64,000 nt of DNA from an uncultured delta proteobacterium (lineage in GTDB: Bacteria; Desulfobacterota; Desulfobacteria; Desulfobacterales; JAHEIW01), in the NCBI GenBank assembly GCA_963706575.1, contig CAVPNL010000022.1, forward strand, positions 1-64,000, written 5' to 3'. Position 1 is the first letter of the stretch; each line of letters begins with the position of its first letter. The notes beneath the pieces are model-generated. The model made no database searches, was not told the origin of the DNA, and worked only from the letters and a program-made list of their open reading frames with translations. A program made the translations under genes and the position numbers. Below, piece by piece: positions 17,037 through 26,063 of the stretch.

Positions 17037-18212
17037 TTATCTCTTTACGATCATAGCCACGGCTTCTCCGCCACCCAGGCACAAAGAGGCCAGACCGGTT
17101 TTTTTGTTCTGTTTGATCATTTCATATAAAAGGGTCACGAGCACCCGGCAACCGCTGGCCCCGATGGGATGCCCGAGGGCCACGCTGCCGCCGTTGACAT
17201 TGACTTTGGCCGGGTCAAGATTCAGTTCTCTTAATACCGCCACAGTCGAACCACTGAAGGCCTCGTTGATCTCGAACAGGTCGATCGCATCCTGGGAGAT
17301 ACCCTCCTTTTGCAGGACTTTGGGGATGGCTAAGATGGGGGCCACCAGAACGTACTTCATTTCCAGGCCGGCCGATGCCTGGGCGCCGATGGTGGCCATG
17401 ATATCACAGCCCAGCTCGTTGGCCTTATCCTTGGACATGACCACAACCGCAGCAGCCCCGTCACTGATGATTGATGCATTGCCGGCGGTGGCTTTTCCGT
17501 TTTTTTGAAAGGCCGGTGACATTTTTGCTAAAATTTCATAAGAGGTCTCCTGGGGACATTCATCCTGTTCAAACTGCACCGCATCGCCTTTTCGTTGCGG
17601 GATCTCCACCGGCATAATTTCGTCTTTAAATTTTCCGGCGTTGATGGATTCTAAAGTTCTGCGATATGATTCGGCGGCATATCGATCCTGATCCTCGCGG
17701 CTGACTTTATATTTTTCTGAACACAGATCATTGGAAATCCCCATGTGAAAATCATTAACAATGTCCCACAGACCATCATGAAACATATGGTCCTGCAGCT
17801 TTCCGGGGCCCATGCGATAGCCGAAGCGGGCCTTTTCCAGAAAGTAGGGTGCCAAACTCATATTTTCCATGCCGCCGGCCACAATGATATCTGCATCGCC
17901 CAGCTGGATGGCTTGTGCAGCCAGCATCACCGCCTTTAAGCCCGAGCCGCAGACCTTATTGATGGTGAAACATTCTGCCTCCCAGGGCAAATCCGCTTTG
18001 ACGGCGGCCTGCTTTGCCGGATTCTGGCCATAGCCGCAGGGCAATACCATTCCCATGATCGCTTCATTGACCGCTTTTTTGGGGATGCCGGCTCTATCGA
18101 TAGCCTCCTCAATCACCAGGCCGCCTAGCTGAGTGGCCCCCAAATTGGCCAGCGATCCGTTAAAACTGCCCAAAGGCGTACGCACCGCACTCACAATGAC
18201 TGCCTCTTTCAT
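17037..18212 (-). CDS. Acetyl-CoA C-acetyltransferase (thiolase)
   Basis: 'INKVCGSG', 'EINEAF', 'GGSVALGHPIGASG', 'SLCLGGG'. Confidence 0.97.
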   Translation of the reverse strand: MKEAVIVSAVRTPLGSFNGSLANLGATQLGGLVIEEAIDRAGIPKKAVNEAIMGMVLPCGYGQNPAKQAAVKADLPWEAECFTINKVCGSGLKAVMLAAQAIQLGDADIIVAGGMENMSLAPYFLEKARFGYRMGPGKLQDHMFHDGLWDIVNDFHMGISNDLCSEKYKVSREDQDRYAAESYRRTLESINAGKFKDEIMPVEIPQRKGDAVQFEQDECPQETSYEILAKMSPAFQKNGKATAGNASIISDGAAAVVVMSKDKANELGCDIMATIGAQASAGLEMKYVLVAPILAIPKVLQKEGISQDAIDLFEINEAFSGSTVAVLRELNLDPAKVNVNGGSVALGHPIGASGCRVLVTLLYEMIKQNKKTGLASLCLGGGEAVAMIVKR

Positions 18213-18361
18213 ATCTCACTCTCCTTTATAATACCTGAATTGAGCGTTTCAAATTTTAAAAAGAGGTAACCGTTTTAATATTAAAGAATTCTATCGATTT
18301 ATTTTGAATCTGTTTTATTCTCTATAGTGCATAAGGCACGAATGCAAGCCCCAATGTAAAC

Positions 18362-18410
18362 TGAGCGAGCGCTCAATCGATGAATAGCATGACTATTTTT
18401 GGATTGTCAA
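18362..18410 (-). promoter_or_regulatory. Promoter of the thiolase operon with downstream operator TGAGCGAGCGCTCA
   Basis: TTGACA on the minus strand at 18410-18405; operator at 18362-18375. Confidence 0.6.
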
Positions 18411-18505
18411 GTTTTTCAGTGTCTAGCACGATTATACAAATTAACTATTTGAAATTTAATTAAATATTATTAGTTTTGAATAAAAGGGCCGGATTCACAA
18501 AGCTA

Positions 18506-18560
18506 TTGACAAATACGGCTGACTCCACTAAAAATAGAAATATGAGCGAGCGCTCGCTCA
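18506..18560 (+). promoter_or_regulatory. Promoter of the crotonase operon with perfect 18-bp palindromic operator TGAGCGAGCGCTCGCTCA
   Basis: TTGACA 18506-18511, TAAAAA(T) near 18529; palindrome at 18543-18560. Confidence 0.65.
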
Positions 18561-18670
18561 GCAAGAAATGTTTTGCAATATCATCTTAAATAACAAATAA
18601 CGAATAACGGATAACACCCATTTGGAAGGATTAAATCCTCTATAATCAGGTTGAGCACAGGAGGGAATAT

Positions 18671-19453
18671 ATGAGTGATAACGTTTTATTGGTTGAAAAA
18701 GAGAACGGTGTTGCCACATTGACCTTAAACCGTCCGGAGGTCATGAACTCATTCAATTTTGCCATGCTGCATGCATTGCGAGATCAGATCGATTCTTTTC
18801 GCTTTGAGCCGAACATACGGGTTGTCATCATTACCGCGGCCGGCGAGAAAGCCTTTTGTGCGGGAGCGGATCTTAAAGAGCGGGCGACGCTGTCACCGGA
18901 TCAGGTGAAAGAATATATCTTTACCATCCGCAATCTGTTCACCTCCATCGAACAGCTCAACAAGGCGGTGATTGCGGCTGTAAATGGAATCGCCCTCGGC
19001 GGTGGCACCGAGCTTGCACTGGCCTGCGATATTCGGATTGCATCCACGAATGCGACCATGGGCCTGACGGAAACCCGTCTGGCGATCATTCCCGGCGCCG
19101 GCGGCACTCAACGGTTGCCGCGGCTGGTCGGGCGCGGAAAAGCCAAAGAACTTATTTTTACCGGACAGCGCATCGGCGCTGAAGAAGCCCGGCGCATCGG
19201 TCTGGTCAACAAGATCTGCGAGCAGAAAGATCTGCTGGACGAATGCGGAAAAATGGCGGCCATGATCTGTGAAGCCGGCCCGGTGGCTATTGAACAGGCC
19301 AAGTATGCCATCAACCATGGTCTGGAAACCGATTTACACACCGGCCTGGCCATCGAATCCAACGCATACTGGGTTTGCATTCCGACTGAGGATCGGCTTG
19401 AAGGGCTGGCCGCCTTTAAGGAGAAAAGAAAACCAATCTATAAGGGAAAATAA
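18671..19453 (+). CDS. Enoyl-CoA hydratase/isomerase (crotonase family; methylglutaconyl-CoA hydratase-like)
   Basis: 'AFCAGADLKER', 'NGIALGGGTELALACD', 'GLTETRLAIIPGAGGTQRLPR'. Confidence 0.93.
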   Translation: MSDNVLLVEKENGVATLTLNRPEVMNSFNFAMLHALRDQIDSFRFEPNIRVVIITAAGEKAFCAGADLKERATLSPDQVKEYIFTIRNLFTSIEQLNKAVIAAVNGIALGGGTELALACDIRIASTNATMGLTETRLAIIPGAGGTQRLPRLVGRGKAKELIFTGQRIGAEEARRIGLVNKICEQKDLLDECGKMAAMICEAGPVAIEQAKYAINHGLETDLHTGLAIESNAYWVCIPTEDRLEGLAAFKEKRKPIYKGK

Positions 19454-19457
19454 CAAA

Positions 19458-19560
19458 GGCATAGAGCATAGCGCATAGCGCATGGCGCAAAGGGTTTTGA
19501 TTTTTGCAATATGTGCATCACCCCTCAAAAACGCTATGCGCCATGCGCTTTGCGCTATGC
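19458..19560. repeat. Family B inverted heptamer element (GCATAGC arms), copy 1
   Basis: ggcatagagcatagcgcatagcgcatggcgcaaag ... cgctatgcgccatgcgctttgcgctatgc. Confidence 0.88.
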
Positions 19561-19638
19561 TGGACATTATTATGTTCATTCAACATTAAATATAACCAGT
19601 TTGGCAGCTAAATAATCATAAGGAGGGAAAGATAAAAC

Positions 19639-20805
19639 ATGACTGAATATGATTACTGGAAAATATTTCCAAGAATGCCGAAAAAAGTAACCATCGGCGA
19701 CATCACCGTCAGGGACGGATTTCAACACCTGGAGCAATTTATCTCCACCCGCGCCAAGACATTTTATGCCGAAGAATTGATATTTGCCGGCTGCCGCAAT
19801 ATCGAAGTGACGAATCTGGGCAATCCCTATCTGATGCCGCAATTTAGCGATGCCGAAGAGGTGCTGGCACATCTGCGAAGCGATCGCTTCAAAAAGCGCT
19901 GTGCCAAAAAAGGGGTTAACTATGATGACATTTGCATCACGGCGGTTACCATCCGGGAAGGTGCTGTTGATCAGGCCATCCGGCTCAAGGAAAAAGGGGT
20001 GGGCCCTGATCGATGTTTGATGATGGTTTCAACCGAGGAAGAACATCATTTCGCCAATTCGGGAACAACCCTGCCGGAGTACTGGAAAGAGGCGGAGCGC
20101 TGCATTAAAAAATGTTCGGATGCGGGCCTGAAAATGTGCGGGACCGTCAGCACCATCTGGGGCAGCCCGATCGCCGGCGCCACTGAACTGCAAGATGCCG
20201 TCGAGTTCACCAAACGCTGGCTGGAGATCGGCGCTTCCGACATCGAACATGCCGACCATGACGGCAGCGCATCGGCTCCGGAGGTGTATCGTTATTTTTC
20301 CATGATATTGGATCAAATACCGGATACATCCCTTCATATCGCCCATTTTCACGAAACCAAACGAGTGGCCTCAGCTTCGGTTCTGGCAACGCTGCAGGCC
20401 GGTATCACTCATTTTGAGGCCACCCTGGGCGGCATGGGCGGTCAGCCGGCCAATTTTCTGGACGACTGCCCGGTGCCCGGGACCGGTGAATACTATTATG
20501 AAGATCCACGGTATGTCGGTCTGACCTGTCTGGAAGATATGTTGGTCCAAATTGATGAGATGGGCATTGAGCACGGCTATGATGTCGATCGCGTCTTATG
20601 GCTCGGACGCCAGATGGAGCGCACCGTTGGCAAGCGCCTGCGCAGTGAAGCGGCCATCAACGGGCGAACCCTGAAAGAAGGCCATCCCAAATTTGCAAGA
20701 CCCGGACTTAAAAAGTTAAAAGAAAAATTAAAGGAAAAACCCGGACAGAACTGGCCTGCAGAATGGGATGCAACACCGGCGCTGCCGGAGCAGTACCGTC
20801 CCTAA
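19639..20805 (+). CDS. DRE-TIM metallolyase, HMG-CoA lyase-like
   Basis: 'DITVRDGFQH' (R-D-G-x-Q motif), 'AHFHET' (HxH), 'TLGGMGG'. Confidence 0.8.
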   Translation: MTEYDYWKIFPRMPKKVTIGDITVRDGFQHLEQFISTRAKTFYAEELIFAGCRNIEVTNLGNPYLMPQFSDAEEVLAHLRSDRFKKRCAKKGVNYDDICITAVTIREGAVDQAIRLKEKGVGPDRCLMMVSTEEEHHFANSGTTLPEYWKEAERCIKKCSDAGLKMCGTVSTIWGSPIAGATELQDAVEFTKRWLEIGASDIEHADHDGSASAPEVYRYFSMILDQIPDTSLHIAHFHETKRVASASVLATLQAGITHFEATLGGMGGQPANFLDDCPVPGTGEYYYEDPRYVGLTCLEDMLVQIDEMGIEHGYDVDRVLWLGRQMERTVGKRLRSEAAINGRTLKEGHPKFARPGLKKLKEKLKEKPGQNWPAEWDATPALPEQYRP

Positions 20806-20853
20806 ATTGGCCTCAAAACTCATCGGTTTAAAATCTAACGGGAGTTTAGCGGT

Positions 20854-21555
20854 ATGCCTGATGTGGTTTCATTATTTCCTCCGGCCTATTCAAATCTGGA
20901 GGACCTCGTTGAAAAAATAAAAGGGAGGGACAACCGTTTGGTTTTGGCAGTCACCGGCGGGATTGCAACCGGCAAGACCACCGTCGCAAACATGTTGACG
21001 GAGCTGGGTGCTCCCCACATCGATTTTGACGTGTTGGCCAGACAGGTTGTTGAGCCCGGTACGCCGGCCCTGGAAAAAATCATTGAATATTTTGGCAAGC
21101 AGGTGCTGCAGGAAGATGGCACCTTGGATCGGAAGAAGCTTTCCAAAGTCGTTTTCCAGGATATTGAGAAGCGCAAAAAACTGGAAGGTTTTACCCACCC
21201 GGCCATACTGCAAGAATTTTTGAAACAAATCAATGCGATTGCCAAACGGGACCCAAACGCTATCATCCAGGTTTCAGTCCCGCTTTTAATCGAGCTGAAT
21301 TTGCAGTATATGTTCGATAAAATTTTGGTCGTCTACGCCAACACTGAGCAGCAGGTGCAACGGCTTTGCAAAAGAGATCACATCAGCAAAGAAGAAGCCG
21401 CTAACATTCTCAAAGCCCAGATGCCCATCGACGAAAAAGTGGGTTATGCGGATTTTGTTGTTCGAAACGAAACCAATTTGAAAGAAACCCGGCGCCAGGT
21501 TGAAAAAATCTGGCAAGCCCTAAAAAAAGATCAACGGGATCAACAAAAATCTTAG
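20854..21555 (+). CDS. coaE: Dephospho-CoA kinase
   Basis: 'VTGGIATGKTTV', 'IDFDVLARQVV', 'LDRKKL', 'THPAI', 'VPLLIE', 'AQMPIDEK'. Confidence 0.95.
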   Translation: MPDVVSLFPPAYSNLEDLVEKIKGRDNRLVLAVTGGIATGKTTVANMLTELGAPHIDFDVLARQVVEPGTPALEKIIEYFGKQVLQEDGTLDRKKLSKVVFQDIEKRKKLEGFTHPAILQEFLKQINAIAKRDPNAIIQVSVPLLIELNLQYMFDKILVVYANTEQQVQRLCKRDHISKEEAANILKAQMPIDEKVGYADFVVRNETNLKETRRQVEKIWQALKKDQRDQQKS

Positions 21556-21573
21556 AAGTGGTTTCAAAACGCC

Positions 21574-23664
21574 CTATGATTTTCGCCGGATTCTGCAGCC
21601 GATGCCCTTCAGGTTGGGTGTGCCGAATTCTTTGCCCAGCGTTTCCATCGAGGTGAGCATATTAAAATTGGATGTTTTCCAGTCGTACTGGTCTTCGGAT
21701 TTTGCTTCGGGAAACCACCAGCCATAAGCAGCATTGATCACCTTCGGATGAATGGCATCGGTCACCTGCGCCATCTGCGTGATCTCACCGTGGCGGGTTT
21801 CAATGATGACCGCATCGCCATCCTTGATACCCAATTTTTCTGCTGTTTCCGGATGGATTTGAGTCGTTGGGTGTTTTCTTTTTTCTCTGAGCGGCTTCAG
21901 CCATCGGTAAGATGAGTGCAGGTAAAAGCGGCTTTTGGCGCTGGTCAAAACCAGCGGAAAGTCCTCATGGTCTTTATCGGGCAGGCCGCTGAATCCCGGC
22001 AGGGATGAGAGTTTCAATTTTTCCGCCTGGGACAATGACAATTCTACCTTGCCGCTGGGGGTTTTGAAGCCCGCAGACAGGTATTTTTGAAATTGCTCGC
22101 CGCCCTTCAGATATCCCTGAGCAGCGAATTGCGCATAGCTGAGGCCGCTGGGTTCCAGCACTTCGTCCAAAAGCTTTTCATAATCATCGTACCAGTATTC
22201 ATCCGACGGTGAGTGCTTTTCCCAGTTCATTTAAAATTTTGATATCCGGCCAGCACCCCTCGGGCGGGTCAACCACCTTCGGGCGCGCCAGAATATAGCC
22301 ATGGCCCAGCCCGTAATGGCCGATGTCGTTGAATTCGAAAGTGCGTGGCAGCGGGAAGTACGATATCGGCCATTGAAGCACTTGGCGTCATGAAGATATC
22401 GGCGACGGCTATAAAATTAAGCTTTGAATAGGCCTCGAACGTCTTACGGCTGTCGGCATAGGTGACCAGCGGATTGGTGCCGTGCAGATAAATCCCTTTG
22501 ACCGGGTAAGGGAATTCCTCCAGGATCGCTTTACGGAATAAGCCCGGCGGAACGGTCATCAATTTGGGGCTGGTCTGGTGATAGGCAGGAATCATTTCTT
22601 TTCTCTTTGAGGGAACCCGGTCTGCCCCGAACAAATTTTCCGAAGGGGATGGTTTTCGGTTCAGTGGCTTTAACATTGCCCCCCGCTATGTCGAGGTTTC
22701 CGCAGATGGCCATCAGGCAGACCAGCGCCCGGGCGGCATCAAAATTATGCATCGTCTGTTCGATGGGATTACCCCATTGAATCGCAGCCGGATGAGAATG
22801 TGCATAGAACCTTGCGGCTTCCCGGATCAGATCAGGGGAAATCCAGGTCACCTCTGACATCTTTTCCGGGGAATATTGCTGGATATGATTGGATAAATCG
22901 TCGAATCCAAAGGTCCATTTCTCTACGAAATCGGTATCATAAATTTTTTCGTTGATAATGACGTTTAAAAAGGCCAATGCCAGCGCGTGGTCCGTTCCCG
23001 GTCTAATTTGCAGCCAGTATCTGGCCCTTTTAGCCAATTCTGTTTTTCGGGGATCGATTACAATGAGCTTGGTCCCCTTTTTTAACTGCTTCAACAGGAG
23101 GCTGCAGATGGCCCCCTCCTCGTTGGTGCTGGTGATATTGCTGCCCCAGAGAACAACCGTCTTGCTGGGATGCTGGAAATCCGCAATCGGATAAAACCCG
23201 CAGGTGTGCAACCCGCTGATTTCTCGCGGGGCATGACAAACATCCTGTGGGCCGACCACATTTGGCGAGCCAAACGTATTGGCCAGGCGCGTTAAGACAA
23301 AAAGCTCCAGACCCTTGGGCATTCCCTGGCAAAATGCAACGCCTTTTGCCCCATGCCTGTCTTTAATCCGGTTAAAATTTTGACAGATTTCCTTAATGGC
23401 CTCATCCCAGGAAATCGTCTTCCAGCGTCCTTCTCCGCGGTGACCGATTCGTTTCAGCGGAGACTTCAGGCGGTCGGGATGCGTGAGCCGCTCATGGGAT
23501 ACCGTGCCTTTAACACACATATAGCCCTTATTTAAAAACCCGTCGGGATCTCCCTTGACTTTCACGATGCGGTTATCTTTAACACCGACAACCACAGCAC
23601 AGCCCCCGTGGTCCAATCGGGCGCAATGTGTTTTTACCCACCGGATATCATTATCCATTTCCAT
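21574..23664 (-). pseudogene. Molybdopterin (bis-MGD) oxidoreductase, acetylene-hydratase-like, interrupted by three +1 frameshifts
   Basis: Four ORF pieces join into one ~695-aa DMSO-reductase-family protein if one base is removed at 22625-22628, 22338-22340 and 22208-22209; motifs 'HPDRLKSPLKR', 'ADIVLPAAT', 'FKTPSGKVE', 'IHPETAEKLGIKDGD'. Confidence 0.8.
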
Positions 23665-23690
23665 GCTTGCGTGTCTCCTTATGATGCCCT

Positions 23691-24182
23691 TTACGGGCCA
23701 CCCTGCTTGATGTCGACAATGGGCTCGACAAACCGGGATTCAGTATCCCAGGGGAACAATATCCACGTATCCTGACTGACTTCGGTAATGAAAGTATCCA
23801 CCAGCGGACGGCCCTCCGGTTTGGCATAGACGGTGGCAAAGTGAGCCTTGGGGAGCATTTCTCTGACGATGCGCGCCGTCTGGCCGGTATCCACCAGATC
23901 ATCTACAAGCAGCCAGTCTTTGCCGTCCATGTCCACCGATTTAAGAACAGTAAACTCGCCCTGTGCCCGCACATCGTAACTGGAAACACATACCGTATCG
24001 ACATGATGGATTTCCAATTCGCGAGCGATGATGGATGCCGGAACCATACCGCCCCGTGTTATGGCGACAATGCCTTGCCATTTCTGCAAATCTACCAGCC
24101 GCCAGGCCAATGCCTTGGAATCACGATGCAGCTGCTCCCATGATATGGGGAAGGTTTTTGTATATCTTTCCTGTGTTGCGAT
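23691..24182 (-). CDS. gpt: Xanthine-guanine phosphoribosyltransferase
   Basis: '[11 protein letters not shown]', PRPP motif '[12 protein letters not shown]', '[10 protein letters not shown]'; conserved N-terminus '[17 protein letters not shown]' extends upstream to an ATC codon 9 nt after GGAGG. Confidence 0.9.
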   Translation of the reverse strand: MATQERYTKTFPISWEQLHRDSKALAWRLVDLQKWQGIVAITRGGMVPASIIARELEIHHVDTVCVSSYDVRAQGEFTVLKSVDMDGKDWLLVDDLVDTGQTARIVREMLPKAHFATVYAKPEGRPLVDTFITEVSQDTWILFPWDTESRFVEPIVDIKQGGP

Positions 24183-24375
24183 GACTTGAAACCTCCAATA
24201 TGATTGAATTCACGTGACGTATCACAACCCGTTAACGAGTGCAAGCATCAGGTGTTTATCTTTGGGCAGTTGGCAGGTAAAGCGCTGTTTTGAAATCCGA
24301 TCCTTTATTTTTTATCCAAATGTGGGTATGGTCTTATATGCATATCGTTAGATGGGATTTTGAAATCATTTTTGT

Positions 24376-24483
24376 CAGAAAACAGAAGTCAGAGGACAGA
24401 AGACAGAGAATAAGGATGGTGACTCGAGGTCAACATGCTACCTGCTGCATTCTGCTCTCTGTCCTCTGAGGCCTGACACCTCA
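24376..24483. repeat. Inverted heptamer element (CAGAAGA/CAGAGGA arms)
   Basis: cagaaaacagaagtcagaggacagaagacaga ... ttctgctctctgtcctctga. Confidence 0.7.
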
Positions 24484-24501
24484 AATTGAAGGAGACTGAC
24501 C

Positions 24502-25971
24502 GTGATAGACCTAAGCGTTGTTCCCGAACCGCTTGAAAGAGCCGTAAAAAGAGCGAAAGAAAAAAGCATCATTATTCCGACCTTTAAGCAGCAAAAGGAC
24601 CCTGGCCGGATTCCGCAAGCCATTGTATCCAGGCTCAAAAACATCGGGCTGTGGGACATCGATCCTTTGAACCTTTTTCGGATCAGCTGGCATAACGAGC
24701 CGGTTGCCCACGGGGGTGGGTTTGGTGATGTTAATTTTATTGAGTTTCCCAAGAGCTTAACCGGCGTCGATGCACGGATTGTATCGGTCATCGGCAAATG
24801 GTTTCCCACCGGTGCCCACAAGGTGGGGGCAGCATTCGGCTGTCTGGTTCCCCGGTTGGTGACCGGCCAGTTCGATCCCAGCACTCAGAAAGCTGTCTGG
24901 CCGTCCACCGGCAACTACTGTCGCGGCGGGGCTTATGATTCCACACTGCTGGGTTGTGAATCCATTGCCATCTTACCCGAAGGCATGAGCCGTGAGCGCT
25001 TTGAGTGGCTCACCTCGGTCTCCGGAGAAATTATTAAAACTCCCGGCAGCGAAAGCAACGTTAAAGAAATTTTCGACAAATGCTGGGAACTGCGGGAATC
25101 GGGGCAGAGCCTGGTGATTTTCAATCAGTTTGATGAATTCGGTAATTACCTCTGGCACCACGAGGTCACCGGGCCGGCCATATTGGAGGTGCTGGAGCGT
25201 ATTTTGGGTCCCGAAGATAAGTTTCGGGGATTTATGTCAACGACGGGATCGGCCGGCACTGTCGCCTGCGGGGATTTTCTCAAAAAACAGTTTCCGCTCA
25301 GCAAAATCGTCGCCAGCGAAGCGCTGCAGTGCCCGACCCTGCTGCGTAACGGGTTCGGTGAGCACCGCATCGAGGGCATCGGTGATAAGCATGTCCCCTG
25401 GATTCATAACATTAAAAACCTCGATTTCGTGGTCGCTGTTGATGATGAAACCCCGATCAGCCTGATGCGCCTGTTTAACGAACCGGCCGGCAAAAAACAC
25501 CTCAAATCAAAGGGCGTTGACACAGCGCTGATTGATATGCTGGACCTGTTGGGAATATCGGGTATCGGAAACCTTGTTACAGCCATTAAATTCGCCCGGT
25601 ACTATGAACTGGGAGAGCATGATGTTGTGATGACAGTGCTGACGGATTCAATGGAGATGTACGCCAGCCGGTTGCAAGAACTCAATCAAGATCGCGGAGA
25701 ATTCACAGAAGGCGATGCGGCCGCCTGTTTTGCGCAACATTTACAGGGACTGGCGATCGACAATATGGAAGAACTTACCTATTACGGCCGCAAGCGCATT
25801 CACAACCTTAAATATTATACCTGGGTTGAACAGCAGGGCAAAACATACGAAGAAATTCAGCGGCAATGGGATGACGATCAATACTGGGAAAGCATACCCG
25901 GGTGTGTGGACCAGATCGATGCGCTGATCGAGGAATTTAATGCCAAGACCGGCTTGCTCAAGGCTTTGTAG
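24502..25971 (+). CDS. PLP-dependent enzyme, fold type II (beta family), substrate unknown
   Basis: 'TGAHKVGAA' PLP-lysine, 'PSTGNY', 'TTGSAGT', 'HRIEGIG'; SD AAGGAG and GTG start. Confidence 0.85.
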   Translation: MIDLSVVPEPLERAVKRAKEKSIIIPTFKQQKDPGRIPQAIVSRLKNIGLWDIDPLNLFRISWHNEPVAHGGGFGDVNFIEFPKSLTGVDARIVSVIGKWFPTGAHKVGAAFGCLVPRLVTGQFDPSTQKAVWPSTGNYCRGGAYDSTLLGCESIAILPEGMSRERFEWLTSVSGEIIKTPGSESNVKEIFDKCWELRESGQSLVIFNQFDEFGNYLWHHEVTGPAILEVLERILGPEDKFRGFMSTTGSAGTVACGDFLKKQFPLSKIVASEALQCPTLLRNGFGEHRIEGIGDKHVPWIHNIKNLDFVVAVDDETPISLMRLFNEPAGKKHLKSKGVDTALIDMLDLLGISGIGNLVTAIKFARYYELGEHDVVMTVLTDSMEMYASRLQELNQDRGEFTEGDAAACFAQHLQGLAIDNMEELTYYGRKRIHNLKYYTWVEQQGKTYEEIQRQWDDDQYWESIPGCVDQIDALIEEFNAKTGLLKAL

Positions 25972-25981
25972 CCAAATTTCC

Positions 25982-26008
25982 TCAAGTTTTTGCGCATTCG
26001 ACCGATAT
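25982..26008 (+). promoter_or_regulatory. Putative sigma28 (FliA) promoter for the HDOD gene
   Basis: TCAA-N15-ACCGATAT versus consensus TAAA-N15-GCCGATAA. Confidence 0.6.
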
Positions 26009-26063
26009 CATCTTTACACACTATAGCGATTTTATTTGGCGTCATTGTGGTGGAGAAAATCCT

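Noticed and set aside
22199..22201. Selenocysteine readthrough at the TGA ending the 22199-22381 fragment
   Set aside because: Homology continues in a different frame, so this is a frameshift, not an in-frame UGA at a Cys position.
24183..24500. Purine riboswitch upstream of gpt
   Set aside because: No purine-riboswitch core (UAUAA...UAUGG...GUUUCUACC...CCGUAAA...GACUA) found on the minus strand.
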